Made by a program: the position numbers and the translations under genes. Shown here one piece after another: positions 14,001 through 29,200 of a stretch of DNA of 64,000 nt. The stretch is taken from NCBI RefSeq assembly GCF_964204645.1, contig NC_134026.1:581950-645949 (forward strand), read 5' to 3'. The stretch comes from Tubulanus polymorphus (lineage: Eukaryota > Animalia > Nemertea). The notes beneath the pieces are model-generated. The model did not search any database. It was not told the DNA's origin and worked only from the letters and a program-made list of their open reading frames with translations. The stretch's first letter is position 1. Each line of letters begins with the position of its first letter.

Positions 14001-16513
14001 AAATGTAGATATTTTATTCATCATGTTTCATGATTGCATCAGAATCCAAAGATTGATAGACATTCACTGATAGCAAGTCTTCAATTCATAGTATTTTTGG
14101 ACCCTGAAAACGAGTTTGGTTCGCGTCTAAAGAACTAACCCCTGGAAGTTAAGGTCCTAGAGAAAGCGCAAGCCAGATTAATCAGGAATCAGACTTTGAC
14201 TACTGTTCAAAATGATGTGTAAACTGCATCTATTACATCACAGTCTATATAACCTGAAGAACTGCTTCATGTTTCTGAGAAGCGATTTTCAAGGGCTAAC
14301 GACTCGACTAACACTTTTTTTCATCAACTACGGTAGATATTGTAGAAAAGCTAAGTAGTTTGCATTCACGAGATGAACTCACAGATACCTCTAGATCCTT
14401 ATACTCATTTCTAAGAAAGACGACTAGACTATTACTTAACCCTGAGCTACATATTACTGATTGACATCTTTCAATGTATTTCAGTTAAATCTAACCATCT
14501 TTTTTAAACCAACTCACCTGAATTTAAACGACTTCTACTCAAAAACGTAAAACACGAACAACTTTTCTTCTTGATCATATTACCGGTCGATCTGTTTGTA
14601 AGTTTTGGTCCCATGATTTCTGCGGAATGTTTATTACCGGTAGTGACAGGCATTATACTGTACTGAACTATATAATCACGGCGTGGTCTATTATATTTCA
14701 CAGCTATGAATTCAGTGAAGACCAGGATCATCGCTGTACACCTCTCGGCTATGTGTACTCGGTTAAAATGCCTAACACCCCGGTGCTAGTGGTTAGTTAT
14801 CTGCTATTTTACTGGGTCAATCTTATTATATTCATTACAAATTACTTCTAGGAAGTGGTACCCCCATTCCTATCCAGTAAATACTTTGACAGCTGATAAA
14901 CATCAGTATGTGTTGCTGGCTCGAGGCCAAGCTAACTTTTCAACCCTTTTTATCCCAACAACAGTAGGCCTACTTTAATCTCTTATCATCGATAAGATGT
15001 CTATGTAGAACATCGTAGGTAGTATTCACCACATGTTTTAATATCTAAAACCGGTTCAAGTAATTTACATACCGAGGCACACAACGCCACCTGGTTCTAT
15101 AACTATAAACTTCACAGTTAATAACCACATTCACATTGTACTTTATCATACAATTTTCTAAATTTAGTCTGTTCAAACTTTAACGGATCAAGCATTTATA
15201 TCAGTGAATAGTCTGTTCTAGATTTGTCAGTTCCATTAAAAGATTGACCAATACAATGTAGACTGACCAAAAGTTCTACACAATTGAGAAAGAACATTTC
15301 TCTGTGTGTGGATAGAAACTTATCGTTAATTGCCTGTCAATCATAGCCTTAAATCTAATAAGTGGCAGTTATAACAGCCAGCTTAAAAACATGCGTGAAT
15401 GCATATGTCTGGAACAGTCCGTTCTAAATTGGTCCTGTTCCAGGTATGGGCCAAATCAAAATGTACTAATTAGGGATGGTGTAAACGTGGCTAGACCTAT
15501 TTTACAACGCTTTATCAAGAATGCCAATTATCAATTTACTCCATATTGATGCAGTGAACAAACAAAGATAATTGCTCCAACCTCCATACGCCGACCTGTA
15601 TAACTATCAAATCAATTTAAGGAAAAATAATACTAATTTCATGAAAAAATTGTTTATCCCTAGAATGGGACACATGAATATAGCTGGAAAATGATGTGAG
15701 AAATTTACCACACCCAATATTAAATCAGCCAAAAATTATTTGCTAAAAAAATAACGTCTCATCTCATTATTGTAGACCTTGGCCTAGAATCAGATCTCAA
15801 ATTAAGGAGGCCCAAAATATTTGGAAATATACAGGCTTTGATGTTAATGCGCATTAGTTGAGATATAAACACTGCAATGGGCTGAAGTGCTGTTTACGTT
15901 TTGAGACATATACCCAGCTTTGCCCTGGCAAGCGAGGTTTTGAAATTTTTCATTATTCAAATCATTTTCCTTGGAACTACGAAGGATATCTGGGGAATAT
16001 TTAAAGCTAGAATTATTAAGCCAGCGTCGAAATAACGGAAAATGGAACTTACATCCATTTGTTTCACTAATTCCTTCCATAAAGCTTCATTTAATCGATA
16101 TTTTTGCTAAATTTTATGATTTTTATGTTTGACGTCCACCATCTTTGAAATGATGAATTCTGAGCCATGAAACGTCGGAATATCATATCCTCTTTATTTA
16201 TGATTTTTCAAAACCTTTATGATAAAGTTCTTCGTTAGAAATAAACATATAGAAATATATAGAAAATATTTGCCTTCTTTTTTATGAAAAATATGAATAG
16301 AAAAAATTATTCTCTTGATCGTTTCGTAACTGTGATTTGCAATGGGCGCATTTCATTGGTATTTTGTAAATCTCCAGACTCTACAAACCCGCACCACGTG
16401 ATTTACACCGAGCGCGGGAGGTGTGAGGCTCAATAAAATAGGCTCAAAGACTGGTTGCCTGTCGAATTCTGCGCCACCTGCAGGTCGCGGCCGGCAACCT
16501 GTCTAACCTCAAT

Positions 16514-19382
16514 ATGGCGGCTGCAATTATGGATATCGCTGATCAAAAGTCTTTTGATAAATTACTCGTAGATTCGGGAAAGTGAGTATAATTACACACC
16601 ATTAATGTGATCACCTAGTTATTAGATTTTAATCGGGTCAGTTGTCATTTTAATCATAATGAGGTTAAAGCTTGAAATTAGACAAGAGACAACAGTCCTT
16701 TGAGTCAATTCAATTAAATCAATAAAAAGGCTTACCTCCTCACAAACTTAAGCGATTGTTCGATTGTAGGAATCTTATAGTGGTTCATTTCCAAGCATCA
16801 TTTGCGACACAATGCACTCAAATGAACGAAGTGATGCAAGAATTGGCGAAAGATACACAATACATCAATGTCAAATTTGTTAAGGTAAATATCCTCCAAA
16901 CAACACGCATTATTGGATTGACTGACTGCAACTATCTGAGTGAGAGTAGAATTGAAGCCCAACTAGGATAGTTTCAGAAAGGTTTCCTTTTTATTGTCAA
17001 GTCTTAAATCCACAATAGAAAAGATAAATGCCAGTTGAAAATTAATTATAATTGGATTTTTCATCCTGGTTTTAATGACACACCTCCTTATTTGTAACTA
17101 TGACATTGGGTTTTTCTATATATGTTTATGTTTATTTAAAGGTTGATGCTGAATCAATTCCTGAGATTTCTGAACGGTTTTCCGTTGAAGCGGTTCCTAC
17201 TTTCATATTCATCAAGGTTCGTTCATCTTTCAGTGAAAACAATTCATACATAATAAATCAAAAAACAAAATGTTTCATAGATTTGGGGGCGAAATAATCC
17301 CTGGAAACATTTTGGAATTTCTCAAGTTATTACCATGGTTTCTCATCGTAACTATGGTAGCTGATACCCAGTTCGAGGACTATGGGTAACTTAAATACCA
17401 ATTTTATGAAAACAGGGCCTAATTTTTGAAAAATATTTACAGTAAATTAGTTAGGTTTTTTGTTTCTGTTTGTAGAATGGAGAAGTTGAGGGTCGTTTAG
17501 ACGGAGCAAATGCTCCACAATTCACAGAGAAAGTCAAGAAACTCGCTTCAATAAATGTCGGTGTTGCCACAACTCCAGTACAGCAGCCACCTAAACAGGT
17601 TCGATATTTCTCTTGACAAAATTTATATAGATTTTCAGGGTTCTCACGGATCAGAGGATTCTGGACTCATTTATCCTTGCTGGCAGAGCAAGCTGCCAAC
17701 TGTTCCTGATTGTCAGGGACAGTCCCTGAAAATACCTCACTGTTCCTGCTGGTGTTTTGATGCTATTGAAAATCTAAATTGCTGTTCCTGAAACAGTTTC
17801 CTTCTGAAAATTGCTGTAATTCTTATCAGGCAATTTTGGATTCCCTGATATGTAAGAACCCTGTATTCTTTCAACTCTGGATTTTATGTATATTTTCATG
17901 TCTTTTCATATGTTTTTCTTACTAAAGGATTTGAATGAAAGAATAAAGAAGTTGATTGCGTCACATCCAGTTATGGTATTCATGAAAGGTTCTCCTGCGG
18001 AACCGAGATGCGGTTAGTTTTCAGTTTTTCATCTTTCTGTGTTGAGTTAATTTATCTTTTTCGTAAGATTTTTGTGTAATTTTTAGGTTTCAGTCGACAA
18101 CTGGTACAGATTCTTGCTGACCACGAAGCTAAATATGGACACTTTGATATTTTACAGGATAATGAAGTTAGAGAAGGTAGAATATCTAATCCTCATTCAT
18201 ATTACTAACTGGTATAACTACTGTAACTGCTTTAACTACTTAGTCATTAGTTGGGGCTGGTAGTTGAAATTTGGGGGTGAATAGTAGCTTAGATCATCCA
18301 GTATTTAAACACCCGCCCCTGTGGGTTATAACCAAGAATTCAGTCAGAATTTCTGATGTTTAATGAAAACTTGTTAATTGTAGGATTGAAGAAGTATTCT
18401 GATTGGCCGACGTATCCTCAATTATACGTAGATTCTGAGTTGATCGGAGGTCTCGATATAATCAAAGAGTTGGTGTCTAGTGGAGAATTTAAATCTACTT
18501 TAGGAAGTCTTAATGACAGGTGATGATTGATACTTGATCTTCTATCCGTCATCATTTCTATCTCATTAAGTTTAATCCTAAAAATCTTTCGCTTTTCAGG
18601 TTAAAAGAATTGATCAATAAAGCTAAAGTGATGTTGTTTATGAAAGGAAATCCGGAGACACCGCGTTGTGGATTTAGTCGGACTGTGATAGAAATAATGA
18701 ATGAAACTGGGTGAGTAGTTTTACCACTAGTATCACATATACAGTATTACATCCCTCAGTGAACACCCCTTGATCAATGCCATTGATAGCCAGTCACATA
18801 ACTTTTCTATCATTTCTAAATACATACATCAATCAATACCTCTCCAATTTGGCTGATTGTTCATTGTTCAAATTACTCATTCTGCCAACTACTTATGATA
18901 CGCTCTGCTGCTTATAGAAGTATTATCTAGACATGTCTAAATTGATGTCTCTGAGACCATTGATATCATTGAAAAGATTAGACTTTTGAAGTTGTGGTAT
19001 TATCGGAAGATACTGTCGGCCTATGTCATGGACCACGTAGCACCACAGGCATTCACAGGTTTCACATGGATTTATTTTGAATTTGACTCGTGTATTTATA
19101 GTACACTTTGTTTGATTTCAGGGTGAAATATGAAACCTTTGATATTCTAACTGATAATCAAGTCAGACAAGGATTAAAGACGTATTCAGACTGGCCGACT
19201 TACCCTCAATTATACGTTAACGGAGAATTAATAGGTGGTTTAGATATTATCAAGGTACGTTTAGATATTCTATTTTCCCAATCATAATTTTGATATTCAT
19301 CATTCATACCTCGTTTTATTTCATATTACAGGAATTGAAATCATCTGGAGAACTGAAGTCAACTTTAGAAGGTGAAAACTAA
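16514..19382 (+). CDS. GLRX3: Glutaredoxin-3 (PICOT): thioredoxin-like domain + two monothiol CGFS glutaredoxin domains
   Basis: Exons 16514-16581, 16770-16884, 17142-17216, 17476-17598, 17928-18012, 18087-18176, 18384-18519, 18600-18710, 19122-19254, 19332-19382. Motifs FMKG..PRCGFS (x2) and [18 protein letters not shown] (x2). AATAAA at 19470. Confidence 0.96.
17636..17863. mobile_element. hAT-like MITE in a GLRX3 intron
   Basis: Ends CAGGGTTCTCAC...GTAAGAACCCTG; the flanking 8-mers match only partly. Confidence 0.5.
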
Positions 19383-20282
19383 CTAATTTGAGATCTACCC
19401 GATGGAATTCATATTGATGCATGTATTGCGTGTGCTACATTGTGAAGTGCATTTTCATTGATATACGCGAATAAATATTGCTTAAAATTTTATTACCGAA
19501 ATGCATCTCTGTTGTACAGTTTTTGCTAGAGAATTCGGCTTCCCATACCTGCATGGGCTGATCCCAGGACACATTTCAGGGAGCAAGGCGTCATGTGTGA
19601 AAATGTGTAGGTGGATTTGTGAAATGTATTTTACAGCATTTCCAAGTAGTATACTATTCCACATCCTACCAATCGTTGGGAGAGAAGATGATGAAGTATG
19701 ATAGAGCAGTAAAAGGATAAGAGTTCAGGAAAGGGCAACTCAAAAGAAAGTTCAAGACCTCTGGATCCGTGAGTTTCCGCGCACCGACAAAAATCTGAAG
19801 ACACCTCCTTCCAAGTCGTCGTCCACTGCTCGGGCTTTTTCCAATCGATGTTTGAACAAAGACTTGATTGGTTCATTATAAAACTCGAATTTATTTACAA
19901 TATATTTACACACTATATAACAATAATAAATGCCATAATATTTCTTAGCACAAAGCGATAATGAATGCAAATAATGAGACATAAATACAAGGGAAATGAA
20001 TAGAGGAGCCGAGCGCTACCTATACCCCAAAATATTCAAGCAGTTTTGTTTTGTTTCTCTGGAGGAAGCATTCACATTGTACGTTCTTTTCTCTTAGGGG
20101 TGTCCTTAAATAAACAGTTTGTGGACGAGGCATATCCTAAAACTGTCTGATACACAATAAAATTGCAGTTCATGTACCACAACACTTTAACCCTACCCCC
20201 GGTACTTCCTAGTTATAGGCTGTGTGCACACTATGTGAATGCTCCCTGTGCGCGTTGACTTGGAAGATTTGATAACTGATTT

Positions 20283-23200
20283 CTAGTCGGCAGAAACATC
20301 GACATCCGGTAATTGAGATGATTGCGATTGATTCTGTTGTGAATCGCACGGTTCCTCGTTCATCATCATCATATCATCATCGTCGATATCATCATCGTTA
20401 TCATTTAACGGATCAGTAGGTTTATTGGATACAGTTATAACCGCGTGACTAGAAGTATTATTCCCAGCTGCAGTAGCTGCTGCTGCAGCTGCTGTTGATG
20501 ATGGTGTCACAAAATGATCAAATAGCGTTCTCTGCAAGAAACAAACATATTTGTGATAATGAAATTATCCAACTCATCAAACATTAAACTTAGTACAGGA
20601 CAAAATAAGTTCTTTTTGTGATGGAAAAATTGAATCAGGAATACGTTTCTTTATACATGTAACAAACAAGGTTCTTACAGATCTGTGAGATCCTGGTGAG
20701 TTAGATTTAGTACATCGAAACCAAAATGTTACAAATATTCATTTTGGTTATGAAATAAACTCAACTTGTTTGAAATCAGAGAGGTTTGTATTTGAGGTGT
20801 TTTTACCTTTTTGCCGACGTTAGCCATCGCTTGATGCATGAACGTCCATTTACTGATAATTCGTACAACGAGATCTTTCACTTTTGTACAGTCGATCATG
20901 TGTACATTATCTCTTAATTCACTCATCAACGCTCGCATTATATCAGTTAATATATACAACGACTCCTGCATAAATTAACCATGAATTGTGTTAGTATCGA
21001 ATACTGAACTTAATCCACACTGACATTTCAGATACATAACTATCACTACCGTCCATCTTCACTGATTTATCTAAAAAGATTGATCTATGTTTGTGAAGAT
21101 GAATAGAAGTGATAGTAGTTATCAATCTGAAACATCAGTGTAACACATTTTTATGGTCCAATCTTCATGTGGCTGGTTTATTTTGGTCTCTTATACATCA
21201 GTCTACGTATAACTGGACTGTGCTTATATACATTCATATTTCACTCGAATATCTGATTATGACTTATCACTTAAAGCTTATCACCTACTACAGTCTATCC
21301 AAATAAACAAGAAATACTTATTTTAATTCAAGAGCATTGTGGGAACAGTCAAAATCGAATTTTAAATTCATTGTACTTGCTTTCGGTATGCAAATCTTTA
21401 CTGGTTTGGGTAACTCATTGTTACGATCGATCAAATTCTGGAATATCTGATCTAAATATTCTTAACACAAACCTTTTCATGTGGTGGTAACGTTTCATTG
21501 CCAACACTTAAATCAACGATCTGAACCATACTGTAAAGTCTATAGTAATCACCATCGAATTGATCTTTCAGATTAGCCAGTAGTGCATGAAGCCGTGATA
21601 CCTGAACAAACAATATCAAACATAACATTAGATTTCTAACATGTAATCCATGCTTATACAGAGACAATACTGACCAGATCCCGCCCCATGCTTAATCAGA
21701 AAGTGTGTTTACACATAAATCATTCACTTTTTACTGAGTTAGTATCTCAACAGAACCATTCACACGCAATCATTTGAACCGTGCTAAGAAGATAGATCAA
21801 ACAGGCATGGAAACATTTAGCACCAGTGTGATTGTCCGTGCCAGATTAGGCCCAGGCCAAATTAAATCCGGATCAAAAATGCTTGAGCTATAATGATCAC
21901 TAACCTTAACATCAACTCCTTCAGATGGGTTTCTAATATTTAACATTCTGTTAATCAACGTACAGTAAGCTACCGATCGTTGTAGTTTATATCCTCTCTT
22001 TCCGTGTGGCATCAGTCGAATTATATGCACTTGATTGTGATGATGTTCGCACAGAGTCGACAGTTTATTAACCAAAACTACAAACTGAATTAAAAAGAAC
22101 AGAAAACAACATTAATCGACGATCTAAAAATCCATAATAACAGTTCCGTAAATTATTAATAAAGATTCTTACATTTTCACTCCACGTTTCAGGTTTAAAT
22201 GCATCAATAATCATAGATAAACACACTTGAAAATCATATTTTAACACATCGCTGAAAATGGAGATAAGATAAACTTTAAGAATGGCAGAATCTGCTGTAA
22301 AATTTAAATGAAGACAAGATGTACAGTAAAACTTACTGAGTGAGAGTTTCATCGATGGCCACTTTACAGATAATGAGTAGAAGGGATATTAATTCATCGC
22401 TGCTGTACAGATGAGACCTAGAATAATACAGTGAAAACAATATAGATAAATACAATATCATCAAGTTAACACGAAAACCATAAAATTAACAGGGCTGGGG
22501 GTTAAATTGAACTCAATCTGGTAATTTCACATCCTTAGAACTGGCTTTTTCACAAACAAAATACAATTTTCGAACAATCGTAAAAGTGGTAAGTGATCAC
22601 AATCTGGAGAGATTTTGATAAAATTTCTTCATGTTTAGCACAGGCATAAATTCCTAAACCCGCAGTATATGGCATTCAAAGGGTATCGAAATATTTTTCT
22701 TGAATTTTTCATATATGTCCATGATATTCAGATTCTTATGAAGGCAATAAGCAGACATCCATTTGTAAAAATCTAATCACAAATTTCCACATGCATCTGA
22801 ACCCTGAAATGGTTTACTAACCTCTTTTGTACAGAATAAGCAATAATCTGTATGACTGATATCAAATTCTCCATTCCAAAATCATTTATCTCTTCTGAAT
22901 CGATATCCTGATTGTCAGATCTAAGAATGAATGAATGAATGAATGAAGTTATGAGTTGAATAGGGTTTTAAGTGTACATTGATTTATCAGATTCAAACTT
23001 ACTGCACACGTAATTCGGTTAAACCTAAATTATCCAACACCTCCACTTCTAAACCAAGACTTTCCTTGGAAGCACCTGAAACAAAAAAAGCTTATGTTGA
23101 AATAAAGAAATACTATCATTAAAATTCAGAAAGTTCAAATTCCACCAAATTCTTGGAATTCAGTTCCATGGGTCTCAGTTATGTGACTTAGAATTAAAGG

Positions 23201-26200
23201 GTTAAAATTAGTTCATTTCAAATATGTTAAAACTTTGAACCATGTTTACTGGCTTTCAGATCTTTTTTTAACTTAATAATTGCTCATCATAGTTGTACTA
23301 ACTGGTCTAATGGAAAACATAATTTGACTAACATTCACCAGATGGCAGTCAACTGCTATTGGGTACATACCGTAATTGATAAATATTTCAGCAATATGTT
23401 TGATTGGTGGAGCCCAGTCTTTACATTTATCGTCCATTAAAACGCGATAAAGAATGTGAAATCCAGCTCTAATAACATTATAATCTTCATGTATAGATAC
23501 TGTAATGTATAAAACACATAGAATCATTAGATCGACTCGACACCTGCCTCCATTAAAGAATCTATTTTCCATTAGTTTGCAGTTAAAGCCCTCGTACTTT
23601 AATGCGGGATAAGCAAATAAATCCTTAATATCAAATCCATAACATTGTTCCCACATTTACCGGGGGGTACACATGAATTCAAAATTCCTAAATTTTCAAT
23701 AAATATTTCACGGGTGATCTACAAAATATCAATATATCACAAAGTGGATCTATTTCATATTATACAAAACAGAAATAGGAGAGGAGGGAACAGAAAAAGG
23801 CTCTTAACCCAAACCAAGTTTTCACAGCCATATGACAATAACGCAACACTCACAACTCAGTCTCTCATACGTAAAATATATGTTTGAATATAAATTCAAA
23901 TACAAATTAAAATCCTATCTATTATTACAGTAGCAGCGTTGTTTAAATGATCTAAATATTTCACGGGTGATCTACAAAATATCAAAATATCACAAAGTAA
24001 ATCTATTTCGCATTAGACAAAACAGAAAAAGGAGATGAGGGAACAGAAAAAGGCCCTAACCCGAACCAAGTTTTCATAAGACACACGACAACAACACTCA
24101 CAATATATTCACAACAGTCTCTCATACGTAGAATATATGTTTGAATATAAAATTCGAAAACAAATTAAAATCTAATCTAAATCCTCTCTATCATCAGTTT
24201 AGTAGCGTTGATCACTGTGAACCGACTCTTACCTGTCTGAAATAACCAGTTTAGAAATGCGTTTGGAGTCGACAACTGATGAATACATAATAGAATAAAA
24301 TCCCCGTCTAAATACTGAGCGAGCATCGCTGCAATTACATTAAAAAAACACAATAAGATTTTTGAAGAAAGTTTGAATAATTATGGATTTACAACTCGAG
24401 CAGATGAGACTTACAATAGTCTAACTTGGCCAGACATTTATCGAGAGATGAAGTCGGTGATTTGGTAAAACCACAACTGTCTAACGTCAATGATTTTACA
24501 TCGAACACCTGTTGATAATTGTTCGGTATGAAGATCACTTCTCCGGGATGTTGTGTAGTGATTGTGCTAGCGTTCATTTGCAGCTGAATAAACGAAACGA
24601 ATATCGGCGTAGAGTGAAACGAATATCGGCGTAGAGTGAAACAAATATCGGCGTAGATCGAAACAAATACCGGCGTAGAGAAAATCAATAGATCGCATTC
24701 AGGAAATCTGCAATCTTTTTTATTCTTTCAGTTCCCTGCAGTGCACCCATCGTTATTGCGCCTGCCCAGCAGCGCGGAGTATGCATATAATTACTAATTA
24801 ATTAAAATCTCATAGATAGATGAGAGCATCAGGCAAACATATCAAACATCAATACCTTACACTACACCGCACTGAGGGGAAGATACAATATAGCGCAATA
24901 TGCCCATTATATAACGTACTGGGTTGGAATATTCCAAAAATTGTCAAATTATCACCAGCGCTTAAGGGTATGAAACTGTCAGCACTGAACGGATTTAACA
25001 AATCGAATATACGAACCTTCTGAAGCGCAGTAAGGTATTCCTCTCCAGCTGGTAGCTCATCTTAATAAGAGAACAAATCAAATTCGTTATTTGAAAATTC
25101 GGTATAAAATGAAAGTATTTACTGCACTGTTTGGACATGTGTGACAACGGCGTACAAAACGTCAGTTGTGAGGTGTGGTAATTTGATTCCAAACTTTAAT
25201 CCATGTTGGTAAAATAGAGAATATAAACACATGTCATGTTCGAATATAAAAAGTTCAGATCTATCATATTCAAATTTAAACATCTGAAATTCCAGGGTTG
25301 AATAGATTTTTTATACTAAACCATCAATCATGCTGATAAGGCTTGATATATATTTGTTTGAGGGAAGCATTGGATGGAAATATTGCGATTGTTTGAAACG
25401 AGATTGAACACTTACTGCTTTCTTCATCGAATGTCATGTTTCTAATGCCACCTTTCGCCAAATCACTTTTTAAATTAGCTTCCATCGGGCCGTACAGATT
25501 TTCTTTCTTTACCTAAAATATCAACATGTAATTCATGAATCTTCTTTACGACTGTATTACTCATTCAAAACACTCGATATAAACTGCATATCATGCGTCC
25601 AACAATTACTATCTTTACATCGTAAACTACAATTCATGCTATCGCTAGCAATAGCATCCAATCTAGGACAATTCAGAACGTTCATGCACCAAATCAGTGC
25701 ATTCACACAGATTCTTGAATCAACTGTTATCACTGGTCCAGCTAGACACAACACTGCTGCGAAACACGGGCAATTAAAGCAAATTGTGTCTATTTAGACC
25801 CACAGAAATGGTTCGTCTAAATAGGTCGGTTTGGATCCATTCAAAAATAGAACAGACCGAATTAGAACAATTTTTTCTAGAATGAATGCCTAGTCTATTC
25901 TGAATAGGAACCGTCTGAATTTCGAATGTTCTTAATAACAGTAGTATGAACGCGGCTATAGCAGTACGAATACTACCGATGCATTTATTCAAAGCCTAAT
26001 TTATGACAAAGTTTATGTTGCATCGAATTTCAACTCACCTGATTACGTTTATTTTCCAGCAATGATTCTAGCGTTATAGTTGTTTTAGAACTAGTTGAGT
26101 TTGACCATGTATAGGAATTACTATCGTCCAAATCCTAAAATAAAGCAATTTTCACTCTTAAAAATACGTGTACATAAATAGTAACTAATGCAGCCTGATT

Positions 26201-29200
26201 TTATAAGTAGATTAAGCGGAAACTCATTATAATGAAAGCAAGATGATTTAATCTATTACATATACTGGAACTTGATGTTTGTTGTATATAATTGCACAAA
26301 TTAAATTGCAAAAATTTAAAATTTTTTTTGTCATGAACGATATACATACAAATGATTTATCAGGACTTCGCGAGGAAGAATCCAAATTCTCTTCACTTAA
26401 TGATAATTTTCTGCTACTGAAATTTAAGGACATTACAAAATACTTTGATATATTCGATAAAAATAAAGTGAAATCCCACGATTGAAGTATAAATCTAGGA
26501 ATTGATTTTCATCGACGCCACGACAAAAATTTCAACGAAAAAAGAACTATTCAAACTTACGATGAATTGTTGTCTAAAATGGACGGTGCTTCCATCAAAT
26601 CATCATCGCTGTCATCAGAGGCCAACAGAGCATCATTGTCGCATAGATTTAAATCTATAATAGCAATTAAATCAACGGAATCGTTATCAAACAAGAGATT
26701 TAACTCTAAAGAGAAATCACGAGAATTTTCATCCAGAAAGTGTATCTAGTTTTTCAATGTTCTTCTCACCACCAACAACTAAAGCAACTAACCGTCAGCA
26801 AATGAGCTAATCCTATCACCACCACCACCGGCTCCACTACATTGATCTGAATCTGCTGAAACAGCAATTTTATTTTCGACATCTGCAACACAATCAAAAC
26901 AGCTGTTACAACATACAGTGGAGACATCTATTGTTTACGACGTGAAGTGCTGACATCAGCACACTGTTTTATAATAACGACATCAAAAATCAATACCAAA
27001 AGATTTGGGTTTAAATATTCTGCTTTCAGTTTAGAGTAGCCTAAATAGGTTAATAGGAGCCTCATAAATTGGGAATCAACCATTTGTCGAGGCGGGAAAA
27101 TTATAAATAACATTCAAAACCTATTTTTTTGTAATTTTTAACCACTGCCTGTTAACAGCCAGTGATTGATGACATATAGATGGAGACAACAGTTATTTGT
27201 GCACAAAATCTAATTCTAAATTGATCCATTTGAAAATGACAAATAAATTCAATTACAATCGTGATGGGATGAGGGAAAATTATGCTATGATTAGATATTT
27301 ATCAAAGTAAATCATGAATTAATAAAAATTCTAATCAGCACCATCTGAAAATCAGCATTCACGATTAAATGCATCATTACGAAATTCTTTTACCATTAAC
27401 TATTTCTGAATGCTGATGATGAGTAGGTGCATTTGAATTAGTTTATGCATGCGGCACAGTCTACAGTTACAATCACTGTCACAATTACCTTAAGTATATA
27501 TTAGTATTTAATTCATCTAGCTCATTAAATTATTCGGCTCGAACCCAGTTCTACATCTATGATTTTAAGTTTACTACGAATTACCGTTAAATAAGTGAGT
27601 CAAGTAAATTAAAGTAGAGTTGTAGAACTGGGTGCGGATTGAGATATCTACTGAAAGCACAGGCACCAAACCACAGCTTTTGTGATGGCACCGAAATAAT
27701 GAATATCATTTGAAACCATGCATTAACACGCACAGATGTTTCTGATTAAGTGAAAATCTTGTGAAGAGCTGCCAGGAAATCATTACACTCAGCACCAACA
27801 CTCAGTCTTACGTAGTCAATATTAGTTTCTTTTCCAATCATTGCGAGCTGAATTCTTAGGTTATTATCCTACGAAACCTCCAAAAACATTCAAGATTGTC
27901 TTTTTTGCTTGTATTTATCATAATTAGACTACCGGGGCGCTCTTAATGTAGAATATATTGAAACACGGAAGACCGAGATACAACTAACGACACCTAGTGG
28001 CATCCTCGTTCACCACAGTATCGTCGATTATTCTAACACTACACTCCACAAACCTCGAGTAAGTAAGAACACCACCAAACAAAACCGATTGTTTCCCGTT
28101 ACCAAAATACACAACGTTTCTACGCACCTTCAACAGTCGACAAACGAAATTCATCCCAGATATTGCGTGATTTATTGTCGATTCGAACGTCCGATAATAG
28201 AGGGCGTGACGATGTGTTTGTAGTCAGCTCAGATGTCGCGAGTGGTTTCGGTGAATTCGGTACACGCGCCCGATTATCTTTAAACAGCTTTTTCAGGTTG
28301 TTTAAACCGGCGAGTAGTTTGAGCGGACTAGTTTGAGGTGACGCGGTTCCGTCTTTCGTCACCGGTCGCGTCGGACTCTGCAGACGTGTGTGTTCTACGT
28401 CGTGTATCTCGAGTGATTGAAGCGAATCCTCCAAACAACCGAACACGCCGCGATCGTATTTCATTTTATCATCAATACTATCCACACTCGATTCCACACG
28501 ACTATCCACACTCGATTCCACACGACTATCCACACTCGATTCCACACGACTATCCGGGAGAGTTGGATTTGTATCCAGGAAACTATCCGAGCAAGTCAAG
28601 CTCGAATCCATGTGACTGTCCAGGTGAGTAGTGCTTGAATCCACGCGACTATCTGCGTGTGTCGCGCTTGAATCCACGCGACTATCTGCGTGGGTCGCGC
28701 TTGAATCCACGCGACTATCTGCGTGGGTCGCGCTTGAATCCACACGACTATCTGCGTGGGTCGGGCTTGAATCCACGCGACTATCTGGTCGAGTAGAGGT
28801 AGAAGCCGCGACATGATTTACTACCTCAGAAACGCGTCGTTTAAAATCAGTCGGATCAACGTGACTCAATTTCCACGACTTCAACAACTTGTTACTGATT
28901 TCGATCGCTTTGTCGCGAGTTGAAATTTCGCAGTCGTTCGTCTCTTTACAAACGTCATTAGAATGAGGAGCTGGTTGAACACCGCGTTCTATTGAGTCAC
29001 TGGAATGAGGAGCTGGTTGAACACCGCGTTCTATACAGTCACTGGAATCAGTAGAGTTCACACGAGTCTGCGATGAAACGATTGAATCAACCGTCGCCGT
29101 GGGATACGCTATGATATCATCGGTAATATGACCCGTTAATTCTTCTTCTACCGCGCATTCGATACTACGATCCTCAAAAACAGGATCAGAAATGTTTGAA

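Noticed and set aside
15844-16080. 78-aa minus-strand ORF divergent from GLRX3
   Set aside because: No recognisable motif, and I could not assemble a splice chain around it.
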